The notes under the pieces were generated by a model, which saw only the letters and a list, made by a program, of their open reading frames with translations, had not been told where the DNA came from and ran no database searches. From assembly GCA_973895155.1 (NCBI GenBank), contig OZ316899.1, positions 15,155,974-15,219,973 of the forward strand: 64,000 bases of DNA. The letters are read 5' to 3'. This document shows, in pieces, positions 1 through 12,644 of this stretch; the stretch's first letter is position 1, and every line of letters starts with the position of its first letter. Both the position numbers and the translations under genes were made by a program. The stretch comes from Marsupella aquatica (Eukaryota > Plantae > Marchantiophyta).

Positions 1-229
1 AGAAGATGACATTCGATTCCTTGACATTTTTGAATTTGATGCCCCGGAAATTCTGGAAATAACCACCGAAATTGCAAATCCGGAAATATCATCAAATCCG
101 GATCAGGCACACTTCATCCGAAAAGATCCGGGTTTACACTCCGATCCGGAAAAAGATTCTAGATCCGGCTTACAACCTGCATGACGCGAGGACCCTTCCT
201 ACCTAAGCACTGGAGTCAAATCTAGGATC

Positions 230-3141
230 TTGGATGGGGAGGGAGTCAAAATTGACCAAGAAGGTGTCAGCGCGGATTTCTTACCAGAAGAAGCAAAAGG
301 ATTGACCATTGAGCCGATGGGTTTTACTGAAGGGATAGTAGATCCACGAGCTTGTCAAAAGGTGGAGATTGAACCTGGAAATTTTTTGAATATTAGCAAT
401 CATATTCAGGGGGACCTGCAAACTAAGTATGTGGAATTGTTGAAACAATATAGGGATGTTTTTGCCTGGAGCCATACCGATATCAAAGGCATACCCTCTT
501 ACCTCGGACAACATTGGATAGACTTGGTTGACTGAGCAATTCCAATAAGGAAAGGCAATATCGTCTTAATCCAAAATACTCCATAATGGTGAAGGATGAG
601 ATTGATAAGCTAACTCAAGCCGGATTCATTTTTCCAGTCCTAAGCAGTGAGTGGGTTTCTCCCATAGTTATTGTGCCCAAGAAACCAGGTCCGGATGGAA
701 AAGTTAAAATATGGGTTTGTCAAGATTTCCGGAAGTTGAATGCAGCCACCAGGAAGGACCATTACCCCTTACCTTTCATTGACATTGTTTTAGATACGGT
801 TGCAGGACATGATCTTTTCAGTTTCCTCGATGGTTACTCTGGGTATAACCAAATTTCAGTCAGGGAGGAGGACCGCGACAAGACCACGTTCACCATGGAC
901 TGGGGCATATATGCTTTTTCAGTAATGCCATTTGGACTCTACAACGCCCCATGAACTTTTTAGAGGATCATGAGGATTATTTTTCAAGAATATCTTCATC
1001 GATTTTTGGAAATTTTTATTGACGACTTCTGTGTTTTTAGTACAGAAGAGGAGCATCTGGAAAAGCTAACGTACGTTAACTTTCCAGAAATGCCGAGAAG
1101 CTCGCCTTTGTTTACATCCAGAAAAATGTTTCATGGGGATGCAAAAAGGAGTGTTGTTGGGACATGTGATCTCTCAAAAGGGGATCGAAGTGGATGCTGA
1201 AAAAGTGAAGATTATTCAAAATCTTCAACCCCCTGCTAATCTAAGGGAGTTGAGAGCATTTTTAGGTCATGTGGGATACTATCAAAGATTTATTCGTAAA
1301 TATGCTGAGATTGCAATGCCTCTGACTCAGTTGTTGAAGAAGGATGTTGAATATACCTGGACTAACACTCGGCAAATAGCTTTCCGGAATTTGAAAGATA
1401 AGTTGGTGTCTGCCCCTGTGATGATACCTGATTGAGATAAACCTTTCCATGTGTACATTGACGCATCCGCATTTTGTGTTGGGGCAGTCCTTAGTCAGAA
1501 GGATGAAGCTGGTAAGGACCATCCTATCTTCTATGCTAGTAGACAAATGAACCTTGCTGAGAAGAACTATACTGTCACGGAAAGGGAAGCCTTGGTGGTG
1601 GTGTTTGCGTGTAAGAAGTTCAGACATTACTTGTTGGGCTATCCTACGGTATTTCATACTGATCATTCTTTGCTAAAATATTTAGTCAATCAAACTGATC
1701 TTTCCGGAAGAATTGCTAGATGGGTTCTTTTACTACAAGAATTTGACTTTACTGTGGAAGTTCGACCCGGAAAACATCATGAGAATGCTGATTTCCTCTC
1801 AAGGATAGACGGTGAGGCGAACGAATCTCCATTGAATGATAGATTTCCGGATGAAGACATTTTTTGTGTTCATGAGGAGGATTCCTAGTATGTCGATATC
1901 ATCAAACTTCTGACTTTGGGTGTTTTACCAGAAAATCTGAACAAGGAGCAACAAGCAATTTTCATCCATAAGGTTGGACCTTATACTTTACGCGGAGGTG
2001 TGTTGTACAAGCAGACTCCAGATCAAGAGTTAAAGAGATGTCTTGAGAAAAGGAGATTAAGACTGTAATTCAGGCCATGCATACAGAAGAGGTCGGTGGA
2101 CATTATGCGTTAATGAACACTGTGAAGAAAATCCGGAATGCTGGATATTGGTGGCCGACCATGTATCGGGATACTCAGTCTTACATTCAAGCGTGTGATC
2201 CATGTTAGAGAATGGGTAAACCTACTTCCACTTCTCATTGGCCTTTAACTCCTATTATGCCGTTAGCCCCTTTTGAGAAATGGGGTATAGATTTTGTGGG
2301 ACCCATTCAACCTCCCTCAGCCAGAACCAGAAATCAATATATCATTCTTGCCACAGATTATGCAACCAAGTGGGTGGAAGCTCGAGCAACTAGGAAAAAT
2401 GATGCTCAAACAGTAGCTAAATTCATTTTTGAAAGTATCTTGGTTAGATTTTGTTGCCCTTTGGAGTTGGTGAGTGATAGAGGTCTTCATTTTCTCAATA
2501 GTACTATCCAAAGTCTCACAGATACATATCTGATCCACCATAGAAAAACCACCCCTTACAATCCTAAAGCTAATGGACTCACTGAAAAAGCTAATGGGTT
2601 GATGGAACATATCTTACTCAAGACGGTGGCCGGACACAAGTCAGATTGGGATGTAAAATTACATTCTGCTTTATGGGCATATCGGACAGCTGAGAAAATT
2701 ACAACTAAGCAAACTCCCTTTTACTTGGTTTATGGACTCCATATTATTGTCCCTGTGGAATTTGAAGTACCCACTTACCGGATTTCTGACACCACCCGGT
2801 TGGATGAGGAGGCAAGTCAGACTCTCAGGTTACAAAATTTGGAGAAATTAGAAGAAGATCGCCATTATGCCTTGATTGAGACCGAGAAACAACAATTGGG
2901 ACGTGCAAAGCGGTATGATTCTAAGCTTAACGAAGTGAAGATTGTACCAGGTGATTTGGTTCTGCTTTTTGATAATCATTACATGTTATTTTTGGGGAAG
3001 CTTCATACCAGATGGCTTGGTCCTTACAAGGTAAGGGAGATATTTTCTAATGGTTCATTACAGTTAGAGGATTTACAAGGCAAAGTTTTATTAACTCGAG
3101 TTAATGGATCTCGGGTTAAGAAATATCACTCCACCTCTTGA
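230..3141 (+). pseudogene. pol: Ty3/gypsy (non-chromovirus, Athila/Tat-like) pol: RT-RNaseH-integrase, disrupted by stops and frameshifts
   Basis: RT motifs WVSPIVIVPKK, DFRKLNAAT, LDGYSGYNQI, MPFGL and FIDDF; RNase H YIDASAFCVGAVL and NYTVTEREAL; integrase GHYA/YWWPTM zinc region, PFEKWGIDFVGP, VSDRG, YNPKANGLTE and C-terminal WLGPY..VNGSRVKKY. No chromodomain. Confidence 0.95.
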
Positions 3142-3167
3142 CGGTTTGCAAGGGCGCTGCACCGGTT

Positions 3168-3177
3168 GGGGAGGGAG
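3168..3177 (+). promoter_or_regulatory. Polypurine tract of gypsy element 1
   Basis: GGGGAGGGAG lies 27 bp after the pol stop. It is followed by TTA and TATGATA (probable decayed TG start) and an A/T-rich run like the starts of the two solo LTRs. Confidence 0.65.
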
Positions 3178-3180
3178 TTA

Positions 3181-4750
3181 TATGATACCATGGTTATAAA
3201 TAAGGAAATTAAAAAGTACAAAAATTTAAAAATTTTCAACTTTTAGTGGTTAACGGCGTATACTTTGACCGGAAAAGACCATAACAAACTACTTTGCAGT
3301 ATCAAATCCGGAAATATCCGGATAGCACATTTTTTGTGGAACTCTTAAGTAACGACACCGTTGAGCCATGCGAGTAGGCATGGGAGAATGAATATTAAAA
3401 CCATAAGTCTGACGTCTGACCGAAGACCGGAGGTTGGCAACCGAGTTCTTAAGACCGTGCCAAACCAAGCATTCCTCACACCACCGAACTGCTGCAGAAA
3501 TCTTTCGCGAGGAATCATAGGAGAGCTTAGAGCTGGACGAGGCTGCCGTTTCGAGGCAATAGTTGAAAGGAAGTTGGTTACGGGGGAACTGGGTGATCGT
3601 TTGATTGAGAGGGGAAGTTTGCGACTTGATGGAGATTTCTGGATTTGGGAATTCCGGATTTTGGAAGGATTTTAATTTGGTTCTTTCTCTCCATCTTCTC
3701 ATTATGGTGAAGAGAAAGGATCTGGATTTTGCCCCGGACAAATCCGGAATTCGGACGCTACCAAAGCGAACGACCAAGGAGCGGACAGTGATTGTGAATG
3801 AAAAGCCACTCCGACCGGAGATTCCCACGGATTTGGCGAGGAAGGACCGCTTGCAAAAGAACCTTGAGACCATGGGTTGTGCAAAGTTGATGGAGTTGCC
3901 ATGGGGCTACTAGAGTGCAGTATTCGTGAAGGAGGTCCGGAATCGTACGACCCTTGCTTCGGAATTTCTGGATTCTATTCGAGCCAAACCGGAAAAGTGG
4001 ACTGCGGCAGTAATCTCTTCACTCTTGGATGTGCCTTTGAAAGGAGAAGGCTTCTTGACCTCCAAGAATTCCTTTGCAGATAACTATTTTGATGGTGAAG
4101 TGGATCCGAAAGACGGTTGGAAGGTGTCCCAGTGCTGTAATGAGGAGTTTTACAACGTTCTGTCCTTCCGGCTTCCACTTCTTTCCCCTGCCAAGCCTCA
4201 ACGAGTTACAATCCGGATTGGAAATACTATTGCTGCTTCTTACATAGGGGAGAAGAAGATTTCCTGGGCCAAAGTTTTGGAGGAAGCTATAGCCAACCAG
4301 GTCCGGAATCTTCATTTGAAGACTCCCACATCCCTTTCTTGCTATCTAGCCAATATTTACGCGATGGACCGGATTCTTACAGATGAAGAAGCGGAGGAGT
4401 ATGAGAATCAAGCCATGTTAGCCCAACTTGGAGATCCGGATCGACAACCATCTGAAGGGACTGAGTGCGACCTCCCAAGACGCAGAAGAAATTTGTGCAG
4501 AGTCCGGAACCGGATCCTGTTGAAGTTCCGGAAGCTGTCTGGAGACCGGAAAGTAGAGGAAGTCTTCCGGGTGTGACCCCCAATTCAAAGTGGACGGCAT
4601 CAGCAGAGTTGGAGCATGTCTGGATTTTCTTGGAGAGTGCGGCCGGAAAGACAAAACAACTTGAGGACCTTGTTGGGACGGTTGCTGAGATGCTCAACTG
4701 CAGCCCGGTTGTCATCGTTTCCACTCTGGACATGGTCCTTACCAGCTTAG
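3181..4750 (+). mobile_element. Probable 3' LTR of gypsy element 1, truncated, containing an ORF
   Basis: Starts right after the PPT and has the same layout as the TG...CA elements at 6150-10659 and 18894-22946 (A/T-rich start, CG-motif cluster, homologous ORF). The right end is lost in a repeat/deletion scar. Confidence 0.6.
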
Positions 4751-4758
4751 GAGTTTAG
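3704..4758 (+). pseudogene. LTR-borne accessory ORF of unknown function, N-terminal part
   Basis: MVKRKDL..LMELPW..IRAKPEKWT..LLDVPLKG..PKDGW..LSPAKP..IGNTIAAS..ISWA..YLANIY. One premature stop at 3911-3913 and a frameshift near 4470. Motifs align with the ORFs at 7619-10228 and 19327-21755. Confidence 0.8.
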
Positions 4759-4950
4759 GACATGGTCCTTACCAACCCGGTTGTCATCATTTCCACTCTG
4801 GACATGGTCCTTACCAGCTTAGGAGTTTAGGACATGGTCCTTACCAGCCCGGTTGTCATTGTTTCCACTCTGGACATGGTCCTTACCAGCTTAGGAGTTT
4901 AGGACATGGTCCTTACCAGCCCGGTTGTCATCGTTTCCACTTTGGACATG
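4701..4950. repeat. 72-bp tandem repeat, about 3.5 copies
   Basis: Units start at 4701, 4773, 4845 and 4917. Each contains the sub-repeat GGACATGGTCCTTACCA twice. Confidence 0.95.
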
Positions 4951-4973
4951 TCCTTAGGAGAAGGATGAAGCTG

Positions 4974-5547
4974 GTGGAGGTTGAGTTTCAAGGGTGTTTG
5001 GCCCCTAGACCATCAGTGGGGCGAGAACCAAGAGTTGGTTGCTAGAGTCGGGGCCAGTTTGGTCCTGGCGTGTTGGGACAAGCTTTAGGACAAGCTATGC
5101 TATTTGGGCCATAAGCATATCCTGGGGTCAGGGCGGTCAGTTGGTGATGGATAGGTACAAGGGGGAACCCAAGCCGCACCCAAGGAAGGAGTTGTTCTTG
5201 ATGAACAGTGGACTGGGTTGTGGTTCCGGCTTATGGCATCGGGAGGACCTATCACTAACCTATTTATCAACCTCTATTGAGCTTGAGTTAGGATGCTAGA
5301 CTTGGTGAGTTCTAGATCTTGAAGGGTTACTTACCCAAGGTGCTTGGTTGCTTGTGCAGACAGTGAGGACCGTTGAGTAGCAATCCTGTTGGAGAGCAAG
5401 TGCGGCTTTGTATGGGAGGGGCCACGGGCGGTGCAAGGGGCACTAGGTTGCTTGCTCAAAGTATTCTATGGAGACATTTGGGCACCAGGGGCACTTAGGC
5501 ATGAGTGTTGGGATTGGTGAGGGTGCTGGGTGGCAAGGTCCACCACT
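4974..5547 (+). mobile_element. 3' part of a chromovirus-family LTR, ending ...CCACCACT
   Basis: Colinear with the 3' third of the complete LTR at 43980-45473. Ends at ACT and abuts pol sequence of another family member. Confidence 0.9.
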
Positions 5548-6149
5548 TGGTCCCCAGAACATGACAAACTTCAAAATTGAAAATCAGCCAAGAACATCTG
5601 CTAGCGCATTTCCTTGGGGTTCAGCCTTGGCTTAGAACTGAAGTACCCAGCCGACAAGCTATCTGTGTGTATTACCACTTTGGGACCGTTCTTAAGGTAA
5701 ATCTCCCACTTCTTCAATGCGTAGATCACTGCATACATTTCCCTTTTTGGTGTGATCCAATGATTTTCCAACTTACATGACTCAAAGGCCACAGGACGCC
5801 CATCTTGGCAAAGACAGGCGCCAATGGAATAATCACTTGCGTTTGTCCAAACTCAAACGGCTTTCCCATCTCAAGTAACTTTAGAATTGGCGGAGATTTC
5901 ATTAGCCACTTGAGTTCTAGGAATGCTAACTCGCAATCTTGTGTCCACACAAACACTTTGTTTTTCATTATTAGCGCGTTTAGGGGCCTTCCGATCCTCG
6001 CATAGTCTTTTATGTATCATTCATAGAACCCCATAAATCCTAAGAAGGCTCTAACTTGCCTTACATTGAATGGGCGCTCTCATTCTTTGATCTCCTTTAG
6101 CTTGTCTTGACTAGGCGTAATCTCCTCGAGGGTAAAGGTATGGCCAAGG

Positions 6150-9100
6150 TGCAGTATCACACTAGGGACATAAATAAATATTTAAGATCCAAAACTCGGT
6201 ATTCGTTCCCATGGAAGAACATGTAAGGAATGATTTTCTATGATTTAGCACTTATGAATGACTTAAGTAACAAAAACACAAAGGTGAGCCTTTTACTATG
6301 GTTGCTCAGCAAGGCATAGTTTTGAATGTTTGCTTAACATTGTAAATAAAATTAACAAATGGAAACAATTAACAAAATACAATGAAAATCTTGAGGTATG
6401 GTAAGGGAGTTAGGAAACAACCAAGGTTACTCCTCAACATAACTTCATTTGATATGATTTAGGTGGTATATCCGTAAGAACATTCTGGAAAGGATTACGG
6501 TACTAGGATGATTACTAAAATGTCGTCAACATGTGTCAACTTTTCCTTCCAAGGTACTGAGTGGAGACTAGTAATCAATCACTTCTGTATCCAATCGGTA
6601 CTTTGTGTCACGAATAAGAGACACCATCATGATCAAATTTGAAGCCATAAGTAATTGGTAAGTAACAATCTTTGCATCCCGTGCACAAGCAATGTCACAT
6701 CAAAAACTATGCATCAAGAACTAAGGAATATGTGAAACATCACCAATAAGGAATCTATTTCCACATACTCAAAAGATTTAACAATCACAATAATTTTACT
6801 TCAAGGGTCCAAACTTCTCATTCATTTAGACTTGCAGGGGGAAGAATTCTTTTGTATTAAGTACTCATATGCAATGGAGTGCTTGCTACAAATGGAGGTA
6901 ACAAAGTTGCAATCTTGCAACTGAGCGCTCATGGAATTTCTTCACACAAAAAGTAACATAAAGTCTACTACATATAGGCTAGCAGGAACTAAAGGGAAAA
7001 GAGATAATGCAAGGACATGCCCTTTCATATTTTAAGGGTCATAAACTAAAGTAAAAAGTATGAAAATATGTTACAAGAGTACACAAGGTTCACTAGAATG
7101 CTGCTGGAATGAAAAACTAATCAAAAGTTATCCCTAGTGTAAATTGGAGTGAAAGTGTTTTTGCACTTTTGCGATAAAACTAACAAATAGTGAGTTTGTT
7201 GGAATTTTAATTTCTAACATAAAGTTCATAATAGTGTGAAACTTTTCAAGGCGAAAGATTTACATAAATGCTACATGCTGGAAAACTTTCAGACTTTTCT
7301 GAGATGTCTAAGTGCCTTAATAAAATCGGTGAAAAGTGCTGTTGGATATAAAATACATTTTTCTGGAAAATTTTCTAAGTGTCGGAAGCGCCGTTGCACC
7401 TTTGCGCTTTGGCATAGTAGCGCCGTTGCGCCTTTGAGCACTCATGCCACTGTAAAACTAAAAATTCTATAACTTCTAAACTACATGTAGGTTTTGGCCG
7501 ATACTTTTCAGGGGTGGATCTGTTACCTCGTGGAAAAGTATGAGACTTTTCTATCTATGATAACTATTTAACAAAAATGGTGGAGATTGACTAATCCTGA
7601 CTCGAAGGATGAAATAGGTCAATCCTCTTGAAGTAGTGCTGACTGGTCCAGTTGTTGAAAACTCCTGAATGTCTCAGTTTGAATCACCTCTCGAAGGAAA
7701 TCCATAACCTGCGTATCATGTCGAGCAAATGGAAGAGACCTGATTTGTCGTTCAACATTTAGAATGGGGAGTAGTCTCATGTGAAACATAGTGTTCACCT
7801 TGCTAGCTTGCATATAGATGCCGACCAGATCATAACTACAACAAGTGGTGTGGTAGTTGCATGGAAACTTGTTGATGAAGGTGTCAGAGTCCTTGGCAAG
7901 TGATAGAAGTGGAGTGACACTAGGTAACAGTTCCCGCCACTTCAGGGTGTAATCAGCCAACCGCTGGGAAGTGATGTTATTCTAGATTCTCTGACTCTCA
8001 GCAACTGGTGAGATAAATTGTTGAACAACAAAACGTTCCTCTGGTAGGACACCATGGTCGACCTGATATCGTTTGTTGGTTTGTCTCAAAAAGTTGATGA
8101 TGAATTCCAAGACATAGGCAGGTAAATTCCCAAAGTATGTCAGGGCCAGATCTCTATTCTCCAGTACAATGTGTCCAACCAGGATCATGACACCAAGAAT
8201 AGGGCAAAAATATTTAGCCTTTGTCCAGATCTCATCCATCTCTGCTATCTCTAGGCGGGTGACATCCTTCAGATGAAGCTTCAGGATATAGAGACATTCA
8301 ACTCTCTTCTTATGATAGTACTGCCAAAACTCTAAAATGGGAGGAGTTCTAAGGTCTGAAACTCTGACAAACTCAGCAAATTGTGTAATATTCTCCTGAG
8401 GGGTTTTAGGGTCAATATGGAGTGTAGGAATGAAATGGACTTGGCAGGATTTATCTTGACCTGGTGGAAGGATGTCAGGATAAGAAATGGCAAGATGTTC
8501 ACCTATAGGTGTGATCTCAGGTTCTGGAAAACTAGGATAGAGCTGGTCTGGTTGATTTGAAGGACTGTAAGGAGAGGGGGGTGAATGACTAGAAGGAGGG
8601 GTAGAATAGTAAATGGGAGAGCCAGATGTTGAGGTATGATAACGGACAGCATAATAGACTTGCTTGGTGCTGCATCCAAAAATCTGTGTAAGCCTGTGGA
8701 CTAAATCCTCACAATATTCTCGATGATGGTCTCGGGCAAGTAAGCTGATGTCTTATGCAGAAGATCATCTAAGACATCAATTAAGTGTCTCTCATCACAC
8801 TCCAGCATGTCATTCATTTTATTGACAAGAGTAGAATAGTGTTCAGTAGAGTGACCTGGGGAGGCAGATAGTGTCTGTTGAAGCTCTAACCTGGGTGATG
8901 CATCATTTTCCTCCATTGGTTCAGCTTCAGTAATATTTGTAACCCTAATATTGGAGGTGGGTTGAAATAGCTCCATCACCTCAGGATAGAACTGAGTAGG
9001 ACCTTGGGTTGGAGAGTATGGAGAATCGGGACTACTAGGTTCAGGCAGAGTTACAGAGGCTGCTCTTAACCTCTCAACTGAGTCAACTATCTCCTCAGGT

Positions 9101-10659
9101 TCACAGATCAATAAGTTGCTTAACTTATCAATAATTTGCTGATTAGATTCTACTCTCAGTTCATCAGCCGTTGGTTTGCTGAACATGAAGGGTCTCTTGC
9201 GGGATCTCATAGAAGGGGTCAAGCTGTCTACAAATAAATTCTGAGTTGGGACTGTAGGTGAGCAAAGAGTAATAGGGACAGAGATGTTAACTACAGGTAC
9301 AGGCAGTGGGGGAACCTCTGGTTTGGATGTATACTCATCGAGATTGGAATTGAGGGGGGTGTAAAGTCTTCGATCTTGATTGAGATCTTCAAAAGGGGAT
9401 AGAGGATTATCAGGAATTGGTGAAGAGGTACTTCTGGGTTCCACAAGTGGTTCTCCATGGGTAAGAGGGGTAACCTTTGAACAGATAGGTGGGGGAACCT
9501 CTGGTTGAACTTCATCAGCATCTTCTCCTTCAGTATCCTTGTTTCCTGATTCACTAAAATCAAATTCATCAAGCAGTCTGATCCGCTCCTCTTGTTTGCC
9601 TAGAAGTAAGCAATTCCCATGAAAGTACAACTGGCAAAGATAAGCAGGGAGAGTAGTGAACTCATCTATTTTCACCTTCTTTACTTGAGATAAAATAACC
9701 TGTCTTAGCAACAAGGCCCAATTTATCTGAGCAACTCCCTTCCAACTTGCCACAATAGTATTGTCAAGTGACACAGGTATCATATGTGGCCAAATGGGAT
9801 GGAGAATTGGAATCAAAAACTCTAAAATGATTTTAAGAGTATAATTGGTGCACTGGTCCATTTTCCATCCATGGCAAACGTTTCGAGTTCCAGAAAAATA
9901 AGGCCTCGCAGTCTCTCCTTGTCGTGAGTGTAGGCATCACCTTCGGCGGGACAGTCGAAAGCATCAGCAACAAATTGCAGAGTCCAGAATTCTGGATTTG
10001 CCCAAGCAGTTCCCACCATACCAACTTCGATTCGTGCCCCATCACTGAAATCCTTCAGAAAACTTAATGAAGTTACGGACCAAGGCAGAGTGAGCAATTT
10101 ACTCAGGTGCATGACTGCCAGTGCTTCCTTCAGAACGTGCAAGTTTCTTTTCATCGTAGGGTATGTCACAGGGACGGCCTTAGGTAAAGGAACTCCTCTT
10201 GCAGTCATCTCTCCCCTTTGTCTGCCATAGTAACAAGGAACAAGGCGTTGTCACCAACTATTGATCCAAAGAGATCAATGCCAAGTGATCCGCCGTTGCG
10301 CTTTCGCTCTGTTGCGCCCTTACGCCTTTGCTCCGAAATGCTGTTGCGCGGTTGCGCTATTGCGCTTTTCCCCCAAAACGCCGTTGCGCTTTTACGCCAA
10401 AACACTCTTTGTAACGCACGGTCAAACTTGGCAGCACCAATCTTCCTTCCGTGCTTCGAGAACATCGATAGTAGTTTCTTCTGGCTCGTCTCACCCCTAC
10501 TTAATTACTCAGGGTATTATCCATTAATCTGCCTAACTTAAGTCTTAACCTTACTTATATCTATAAGTAGATTAATTGGCTATGTTTAATCTATTTCTAA
10601 GTACAATTTTTTTTAATTTTTTCATTATTTCTAAGTTTCTAATTTAGACAGCTATTACA
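6150..10659 (-). mobile_element. Solo-LTR-like element A (4510 bp, TG...CA) carrying a long ORF
   Basis: Perfect 5-bp TSD CAAGG (6145-6149, 10660-10664). Minus-strand termini TGTAAT...ACTGCA. No gag/pol and no internal LTR pair. The 3' end shares blocks with element B (GGGAAC.AATACCGAGTTT, GTTGACGAC, AGGAGTAACCTTGG). Confidence 0.85.
7619..10228 (-). pseudogene. LTR-borne accessory ORF (~870 codons), decayed
   Basis: Joins ORF pieces 9822-10208, 8701-9861, 7982-8239 and 7619-7960. Conserved N-domain (LLTLPW, ANPEFWT, FDCPAEG, LEFLIPILHP, NTIVAS, INWALL, YLCQLY), a Pro/Ser/acidic middle and a C-domain shared with 21033-21755. Confidence 0.85.
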
Positions 10660-11415
10660 CAAGGAACTGAATCTCGTTCATCGCAAACTTGCACTTGCTA
10701 GGTTTAGCAAAGAGACGAGCCTTACAAAGGCAAGAGAACACTTCCCTGAGCAACTGCTCATGTTCCTCCAATGTTTTTGAGTAGATTAGGATGTCGTCAA
10801 TAAAGACGACCACTCCTTGGTCCAACAAGTCATAAAGATGGTATTCATCATCTTCATGAATGTTGAGGTTGCATTACACAACCCTAACGGCATAACCAAA
10901 AATTCATAGAATCCAAACCTTGTGCGCATCAAGGTCTTATACTTGTCTCCCTTAGCCATGAAAATCTAGTAATACCCAGACCGCAAGTCCACCTTTGAAA
11001 ACTTCTTAGCCCTGGAGAGGCAATTGAAGAGGTCATCCATATGAGGTAATAGGTACTTGTTCTTTACCATTTGCTTATTGAGGGCCCAATAATCTGCACA
11101 GAATCTCAAAGTACCACCTTTTTTGGACACAAATAGCACGGGTGCCCCATAAGGACTCTTACTAAGATGAATGAACCCTTGGTTGATCAACTCTTCCAAG
11201 GCATTCTTCAACATCATTGTTTATTCAGGTTTAGACGATAAGGAGCTTTAGCCTAAGGAGCTGAACCTGGCTCCAACTCAACTTAGTGATCCACTTCTCT
11301 CCACGGGAGTAAACCTTTAGGTAGCTTCTATGAGAGCACATCATTAAATTCCTCTAAAATTTTAGGAATTCGACCACAGTTGGGCCCAACCTTAGCTGAC
11401 TTAACCTTTGGTTGC

Positions 11416-12644
11416 GTCTAGTATCCTAACTCAAGCTCAGCAGACATTGGTAAGTAGGTCAGTGATAGGTCCTCCCAATGCCATAAGTTGGAACCAGAAT
11501 TAACGCCCATTGTTTGTCCAGAATAGCTCTTTCCTTGGGCGCAACCCGGGTTCCCCCTCGTACCTATCCATCACCAACTGACCGCCGTGCCCCAGGACAT
11601 GCTTATGGCCCAAATAGCCTAGCTTGTCCCTAGATGTCGGGACCAGGATGTCCCCAACTTTAGCAACCAACTCTTGGTTCTTGCCCCACTGATGGTCTAG
11701 GGGCCAAGCGCCCTTGGAACTCAACCTCCACACCTACTTGGCCTTGCCTCCCCAATGCAAGCTCCCTTGAGAGACTGAACGCGGTTTGGCTGTTGTTTTG
11801 ATAGGATTTGGCAAGCAGGCGAGATAGCACCCGCAAACCTCGAGAACCTATGGTGCCCCTGGACCTAGCTGAGCTCAAGAGGATGTAGCCCCCTCTAGAG
11901 ATTTCCAACGCACCCAAAAATCCCCCAACGGACTTCTCATTGGGAGGTTATTGTCGTTTCGGTTTGGCATTTTCCCTTAGTGTTGCCATTGTTGCGGCTC
12001 ACGACTTTGGCCCGCCCTTAGCCCCCAGAGAGACACCACTCCCCTCATATATGCTTCTGGAGACCTGCCACCCCCAAACCAAATTTGGTCCCCAAACTTT
12101 TGGGCCCCAACCTGGACCCTATCCCGCATGTTTGGGCGCGCCATCACCTGGCAACGCCCATAACTTCCTAGTTAGGCGTCCGCAACCGAAGTGCCTTAGC
12201 CCGTTGCAATAGGGCTGACCCAGTGCTCATGCCTAGGACCTCAGATCTCATTGCCGATCTGGGCCCCCAATCGGCCAAACCCGTTTCAGGCCATAACTCG
12301 TGCCCCAAGTGTCTGTTGCCCATGGCTTCAACTCCATTGGCCTTGGGCCCACAAGGAGCTCTCACTCAAGCCCTCAGAACTCAAAGTCCGTCCGGGGGTC
12401 TGGACGGTCAACCTTGAGCCCGGCCCTTTTCCCCTTGACCCGACTAACTCTCAACTAGTCTAAGTCCTAATTGCGTGACACTAGCCTAGCGCCTTGCCTT
12501 TGCCATCGCCACTTCCCATTGCCCATAACTCTCCCCATGCTAAGTCCTCCCCGGATGGCCTATCCAAGCCTGGACCATAAGGGAGCTCAGCGTCGGAGTT
12601 AGCAATGCCGGAGCTAAGTGCTAAGGTAGTCAAGTTCCGCGACT
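11416..12644 (-). mobile_element. Chromovirus-family LTR, 5' part (starts AGTCGCGG at 12644), inserted in the integrase of copy B
   Basis: Reverse complement of the LTR at 43980 onward. Begins within the integrase RWAH codons and is truncated at 11416. Confidence 0.9.

Larger units (their letters stand above)
5548..11415 (-). pseudogene. pol: Chromovirus-family pol fragment (copy A: PR-RT linker, RT, RNase H), interrupted by solo LTR 6150-10659
   Basis: [42 protein letters not shown] and REMYAVIYALKKW. The sequence TGGCCAAGG|AACTGAATC is continuous once the insertion is removed (compare 14459-14480). Confidence 0.9.

Noticed and set aside
4701-4950. CRISPR-like repeat-spacer pattern (GGACATGGTCCTTACCA recurring)
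   Set aside because: The intervening sequences are themselves repeated. It is a 72-bp tandem duplication in eukaryotic TE DNA with no cas genes.
7619-10228. LTR ORFs as retroviral-type envelope genes
   Set aside because: No clear signal peptide, transmembrane anchor or fusion motif was seen by eye, and the ORFs lie inside the LTR rather than between pol and the PPT.
11500-12463. Short ORFs in the GC-rich chromovirus LTR copies (also 15065-15845, 17635-18921, 44118-45632)
   Set aside because: Frames and stops are not conserved between copies and no domain motifs are present; these look like chance ORFs.
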